A stretch of DNA of 64,000 bases from Desulfatiglandales bacterium (GTDB taxonomy: Bacteria; Desulfobacterota; DSM-4660; Desulfatiglandales; Desulfatiglandaceae): NCBI GenBank assembly GCA_963662465.1, contig OY759599.1:4768001-4832000 (forward strand), in the 5' to 3' direction. Positions 59,608 through 64,000 of the stretch are shown in pieces. Every line of letters begins with the position of its first letter. The stretch's first letter is position 1. The position numbers and the translations under genes are program-made. A model generated the notes under the pieces. It ran no database searches. It saw only the letters and a program-made list of their open reading frames with translations, and was not told the origin of the DNA.

Positions 59608-60954
59608 TCACTGGAGGGTTTCGTCCAGGCGTTTGGAAAGAAAGTCCACCTGATGTTTCATACTGCGGTCCGTTTTCATTTTTTTCTCAACCAGTTCAGT
59701 AGCATACACAACCGTGGAATGGCTGCGCTTGATGGTTTTGCCGATAGCCTCCAGGGTTTCATCCGAATGCCTGCGGCAAAGATAGGCATAGATGTTTCGG
59801 GGATAAGAATACGCTTTTTTTCGAGATTTGGAACTGAGCATCTCGGTGTCCACCTTATAATACTCACACACCAGCGCTCTTATTTTTTCAGTGGTAATGG
59901 AAGTCTCTCCAGATACCAGGGCGCTAACCACCTCTTTGGCCAGATCCATGTCGATTTTCGCTCCCACCAGCTCAGACCTTGCCTTGAGACACTTCAATGC
60001 GCTTTCCATTTGTCGAACATCAGGTTTCAGCCGATCCGCCAGGAAATGAACCACTTCTTTTGAAAGTGAAACGTCGTACGCTGAGGCTTTTTCGGTAAGG
60101 ATTTGCACTCGGGTATGATAGTCGGGTCCTCCAATGGTGGTCACCAGGCCGGACGTCAGACGGGAGGAAAGCTCCTTTGACATCTGGGGGATGTCTTTTG
60201 GCGGAAGAGAGCTGGTAAAAATAATTTTCTTGCGGTCTTGCGCCAGCGCATCCAAGGTGTAACCCAGTTCCGCCTGAATCTTTTCCTTTCCTCCCAGGAA
60301 ATGGATCTCCTCCAGAAGGAGAACATCACATGAACGACGGTACCGAGTTTTAAAGGCGTCTATGCGATGGGTCCGCAATGACGCAATCATTTCATTGGTG
60401 AAGTCCTCAGCGGTCATGTAGAACAGGCGGGTTTGCGGACTCGCCTTCAGAATCGCATGGCCGATGGCCTGGGAAAGGTGGGTCTTTCCCAGGCCGGTAT
60501 TGGACAGCATCAGGAGGGAATGGTAGTTACACGGGTTTCCCATCGCAATATCTTTAGAGGCCGAATAGGCAAATTCATTGGATTGTCCCACGATGAAACG
60601 ATCAAAGGTAAACTGACTGTTCAGCAAAAATGTGGAACGTTTTTTTTCAGGCATACCCGGAAGGGTCAGCTGGTCCGGGTCGGGAGGCAGAGAAACAGGG
60701 GCCGGCATCCTTTCTTGACGCTGTACCTTGAACTGAATATCCGTGGGACCGTCGGCCATGGCATTAAACTTTTCTTCAATCAGATCCAAATAATTTTCGA
60801 CGACCCAATCTTTGGAAAATCGATTCGGGCAACCCAGGACCACAGCGCCCTTCTTGGCCTGCAAACATTCAATCGGCTTTATCCAAAGAGAAAACGTGTT
60901 TTCCGGAACCCGCGTTTTAAGCTGGTTCTTGATTTCACCCCAAGCGGTTTTCAT
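59608..60954 (-). CDS. dnaA: DnaA-family initiator protein, divergent (probable second copy)
   Basis: Domain I (W...WIKP...PNRFSKDWV), FTFDRFIVGQSNEFA, GLGKTHL, LSSRLTSGL, domain IV (KRSHSTVVYA). Confidence 0.88.
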   Translation of the reverse strand: MKTAWGEIKNQLKTRVPENTFSLWIKPIECLQAKKGAVVLGCPNRFSKDWVVENYLDLIEEKFNAMADGPTDIQFKVQRQERMPAPVSLPPDPDQLTLPGMPEKKRSTFLLNSQFTFDRFIVGQSNEFAYSASKDIAMGNPCNYHSLLMLSNTGLGKTHLSQAIGHAILKASPQTRLFYMTAEDFTNEMIASLRTHRIDAFKTRYRRSCDVLLLEEIHFLGGKEKIQAELGYTLDALAQDRKKIIFTSSLPPKDIPQMSKELSSRLTSGLVTTIGGPDYHTRVQILTEKASAYDVSLSKEVVHFLADRLKPDVRQMESALKCLKARSELVGAKIDMDLAKEVVSALVSGETSITTEKIRALVCEYYKVDTEMLSSKSRKKAYSYPRNIYAYLCRRHSDETLEAIGKTIKRSHSTVVYATELVEKKMKTDRSMKHQVDFLSKRLDETLQ

Positions 60955-61214
60955 GCGTTGCTCCCAGCTAAATGAAAAATGAAAATCAATGACTGTGCAA
61001 AAATGAATGTCGAACTTCTACAGCAAAACAAAGGGAGCTGTCAAAGAGGCTTGAGCGTGATCAAGACTTAGGGGTAAAGTGATTTTCGACAATGGATAAC
61101 CTATTCCGTTTACAGGCAAAAAAAAAACTTGGTTTATAAGGTACTGAGAAAGCGGAGCATTTTTGATGATTTAAAAACACAATGATATTAAACGTTTAAA
61201 CAGCATACACTATT

Positions 61215-61234
61215 TGTGGAAAAAACTTTCCACA
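61215..61234. promoter_or_regulatory. Inverted pair of DnaA-box-like sites upstream of dnaA
   Basis: TGTGGAAAA (61215-23) and CTTTCCACA (61226-34), 1-2 mismatches to TTATCCACA. Confidence 0.55.
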
Positions 61235-61412
61235 AGCATATTCCTCCCTTTAATCTTATTTTCGTTCTTTATCTACGATTTTCATTTTTTTATGGGCTTT
61301 TTTTTGGGGAATCGATTTTGTTCAATGTCTAAAAGCCTTTAGGCGCCTTCTCAACCCCTAGCCCTCTAAGCCTTGGGTTTCGGGTGCGAAAAAATGATTT
61401 CAGAAACGCGGA

Positions 61413-62702
61413 TTACCGAACCGGCTGGTTGAAATAACCCAGCTCCAAATCCGGAAAAGCGTTATCAACACGAGCGGCCATTTGCCTCATTCCGATACCT
61501 CCAGCGCCTGTGTCAGGCATTTTGTTCAGGTAAAAGGCCGGGTCAATGCAAAGGTTTTTTAAATGAAGGAAGTTTACGCCGGTTTTGGCAATTAACGCCA
61601 TTAAGGCATCCATCTCCGCTTCCTGGTCCGAAATTCCGGGGAAGACCAAATAGTTCAACATGGTATACAAACCCAGTTCCCGGGACAGGGCCACGGAAGA
61701 AATCACATCATCAAACCCATAGGTTTTGGGTCGATAGTAGGCATGATAAAAATCGGGCCGTGCACTATTCAAACTGATGCGGATGGAATCCAGCCCGCTT
61801 TGTGCGATCAACCGAATCCGTTCAGGAAAACTACCGTTGGTATTCAGGTTAATGGTGCCGTTTTGGGTCTGCCTTCGAATTTCGGCAGTGCTTTCAGCGA
61901 TCAACCGATATTCCGTAAGGGGTTCGCCCTCGCAACCCTGGCCAAAACTCACAATGGCGTCGGGGGCATGGTTCAGGTGCGCCACCGCCAGGGTTACAAT
62001 TTCGTCTTTGGACGGGGTAAATCCGATCCGTTCATGAGACGCTTCAAAGGAAGATCCCGGCTGAAGGGAAAGACACCCCAGACAGGCCGCATTGCACTTC
62101 CGGCTAACCGGCAATGGGGCTTCCCATCTTTCCAGAAAGAGATTTTTGGCGGCAAAACAATGGTTTTCGGTGGCGCAATGGGTTAAATGTTCCACAAGGG
62201 GACCTGCCGGGTACTTCTTCATGTAGTCCGCAATGGCGGGGACCAGTTCCCGGTCGTCATAATTGCGGGGATCCCACCGCTCGTTATACTCCACCTCAAA
62301 CCCCGTGGCCCAGTAATGGTCATCGTCGTACCCCACAGCCCCATAGGCCCATGACGGCAGTACAAATGATTTTCCGCTGTAATCCGCCGCGGGGAGATGG
62401 GTCCTGACAAATCCCGGTTCAAGAAAAGCGGCGACGGCAAAACAGGCTGTCGGCTCGCCGTCCACTTCCATTTCATAAACGGTTTCCACTTGGCCCGTAT
62501 CGGGATCAAGGCCCAAGGGAGGGCAGGAGGGGAGATAAAAGAGCTTGCTGAACTCCGGCATGACAATCAGGTCTTCCGGTTCAATGGCAAAGAGAGTTGA
62601 TCCGGAAAAACCCGCCATCCTGAGGTATGGATGGTCATAAATCCGGCCTTTACCGTCCGCGTAAAGCATAAACGGCAGGTGTCTTAAATCATGGTCTGTC
62701 AT
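61413..62702 (-). CDS. Radical SAM protein of unknown function
   Basis: CNAACLGC motif, SFGQGCEGEP, NLNTNG, DSIRISLNS; start at ATG 62702. Confidence 0.88.
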   Translation of the reverse strand: MTDHDLRHLPFMLYADGKGRIYDHPYLRMAGFSGSTLFAIEPEDLIVMPEFSKLFYLPSCPPLGLDPDTGQVETVYEMEVDGEPTACFAVAAFLEPGFVRTHLPAADYSGKSFVLPSWAYGAVGYDDDHYWATGFEVEYNERWDPRNYDDRELVPAIADYMKKYPAGPLVEHLTHCATENHCFAAKNLFLERWEAPLPVSRKCNAACLGCLSLQPGSSFEASHERIGFTPSKDEIVTLAVAHLNHAPDAIVSFGQGCEGEPLTEYRLIAESTAEIRRQTQNGTINLNTNGSFPERIRLIAQSGLDSIRISLNSARPDFYHAYYRPKTYGFDDVISSVALSRELGLYTMLNYLVFPGISDQEAEMDALMALIAKTGVNFLHLKNLCIDPAFYLNKMPDTGAGGIGMRQMAARVDNAFPDLELGYFNQPVR

Positions 62703-62828
62703 GTCGATTCCTTTTCTAATCCTACGGGTTGACGCCAAGCTGTTTGAGCGCTTAAGATAGCAGAAATTTGACGCTCAGACAAGGACGCGGGCTTACCGCT
62801 AAAACAACCGTTGCAACCCGGTGAAAAA

Positions 62829-64000
62829 ATGTCGCCCTCAAACAAAAGCACGCCAACAAAAGAAAAACAATTCAGGCTCGTAAAGTTTTTTGCCTATGCG
62901 AGTTTTATCGTTCTCATTATCTTCAGCCTCCCCTATTCAATGGTCATCTCCCAAAGGGCCAAGGATATCCTGATGAAAAACCATGAAACTTATGCTCTGT
63001 TGCTGGGCCAAAACCTGAATCACCAGGTATTTCAAAATTTTGTATTGCCTGTCACCCGCCAGTTCGGGAAAATGCGGCTGAGGGAGCAGCAACAGCAGGC
63101 GCTGATGGACCGAATCGTGCGAAATACCACGCACAGCTTCAAAATAGATCTGGTCAACATGTATGACATTAACCAGGGCGTTATCGCCTACAGCACGGAT
63201 CCCCTCCTCATTGGAAAAAAAGTGCGAGAGAGCCTCGGGTACAAGAAAGCGGTGATGGGGCAAAATTCTTCCAGGCTGGTATCCGGAGGAGAGAGTATCC
63301 TGGGAACCGGCATTCAACGAATGGGGGGAGAGAAAAAACTCAGGACTTACATCCCCTTCATGGGGGCAGGGCCTTTCCTGGGGGATACCGGGCATGTGTT
63401 GGGGGTTTTTGAACTGATACAGGACCTCACCGAGGAATATGCATCACTGGTTCGATTTCAATATCTCATCTTTGGGCTGTCAATTCTGATTATGGGCATG
63501 ATTTTTGTGGCGCTTCTCTTCATTGTGCATAAAGCGGAAAAAACTATTTCTGAGAGAGCCAAAGAACAAAGAGAACTGGAAGCCCAACTGAATCAGGCGG
63601 AAAAGCTGGCGACCCTCGGCCAAATGATCGCCGGCGTATCCCATGAAATCAGGAACCCTCTGGGAATCATTCGAAGCACTGCCGAATTGCTGGGCAGCAT
63701 GTCGGGGGCCAACGAAACCCAGGCCAAGCTGTCGGGTCTGATTGTCGAAGAATCCAGTCGGCTCAATAATATTGTTACGGAGTTTCTCGACTTTGCCAGG
63801 CCCCAAGCGCCCCATTTTCAAGACTGTGATTTGAACGAAATTTTAACTAAAAATATGCAGTTTTTGCAACCGGAGCTTGAGATGAAAAAAATTTCCCTGC
63901 AAGACGACTTAACCCATCGCCCCCTGCCCCTCAGAGCGGATCCCCAACTGCTCTACCGGTCTTTTTTAAACATTTTCATGAACGCCATTCAAGCCATTGA
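62829..64000 (+). CDS. Membrane sensor histidine kinase (NtrB-like), runs off window end
   Basis: Manual translation from ATG 62829: two TM segments, H-box EKLATLGQMIAGVSHEIRNPLGII, FLDFARP, N-box NIFMNAIQA; missing from the ORF track because it is open-ended. Confidence 0.9.
   Translation, partial: MSPSNKSTPTKEKQFRLVKFFAYASFIVLIIFSLPYSMVISQRAKDILMKNHETYALLLGQNLNHQVFQNFVLPVTRQFGKMRLREQQQQALMDRIVRNTTHSFKIDLVNMYDINQGVIAYSTDPLLIGKKVRESLGYKKAVMGQNSSRLVSGGESILGTGIQRMGGEKKLRTYIPFMGAGPFLGDTGHVLGVFELIQDLTEEYASLVRFQYLIFGLSILIMGMIFVALLFIVHKAEKTISERAKEQRELEAQLNQAEKLATLGQMIAGVSHEIRNPLGIIRSTAELLGSMSGANETQAKLSGLIVEESSRLNNIVTEFLDFARPQAPHFQDCDLNEILTKNMQFLQPELEMKKISLQDDLTHRPLPLRADPQLLYRSFLNIFMNAIQAI

Noticed and set aside
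60955..61412. oriC
   Set aside because: Only two or three imperfect DnaA boxes, no clear unwinding element recognised, and no dnaN/gyrB context
3239..63821. Numerous short antisense or alternate-frame ORFs in the track (e.g. 36526-37320, 44476-45261, 51938-52537, 62937-63395)
   Set aside because: They shadow well-supported genes on the other strand or frame and show no recognisable motifs

Overview
Chromosomal window, probably from a Desulfobacterota/deltaproteobacterial anaerobe (inferred from the dnaA paralog, pyrE, sensor kinase style and repeat types). About 54 kb (1-53.7 kb) is a cell-surface locus lying just 3' of a tRNA-Pro(CGG). A stand-alone NusG/RfaH/UpxY-type antiterminator heads a minus-strand run: sugar epimerase, type II secretion cluster (gspE F G H I J K L M C D), wzm/wzt, GT2 and a GNAT protein. 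After an IS plus MITE insertion come two full-length paralogous secreted proteins of unknown function (384 and 355 aa), two lipoproteins, GT-C membrane glycosyltransferases, many GT2/GT4 enzymes and glycan-tailoring enzymes. The left end holds a secreted S74-chaperone fibre protein, a subtilase and a partial fcl. My best inference is a dedicated export and glycosylation system for an S-layer-like surface protein family. The 11-23 kb segment is a mosaic of IS elements, MITEs, REPs, pseudogenes and AT-rich acquired cassettes. Right of the tRNA are pyrE, a TMTC-like TPR glycosyltransferase, GT2/DUF2304, GT4, a divergent dnaA, a radical SAM gene and a partial histidine kinase. No CRISPR, rRNA or integrase was seen. 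All family assignments come from motif recognition by eye, not database searches.
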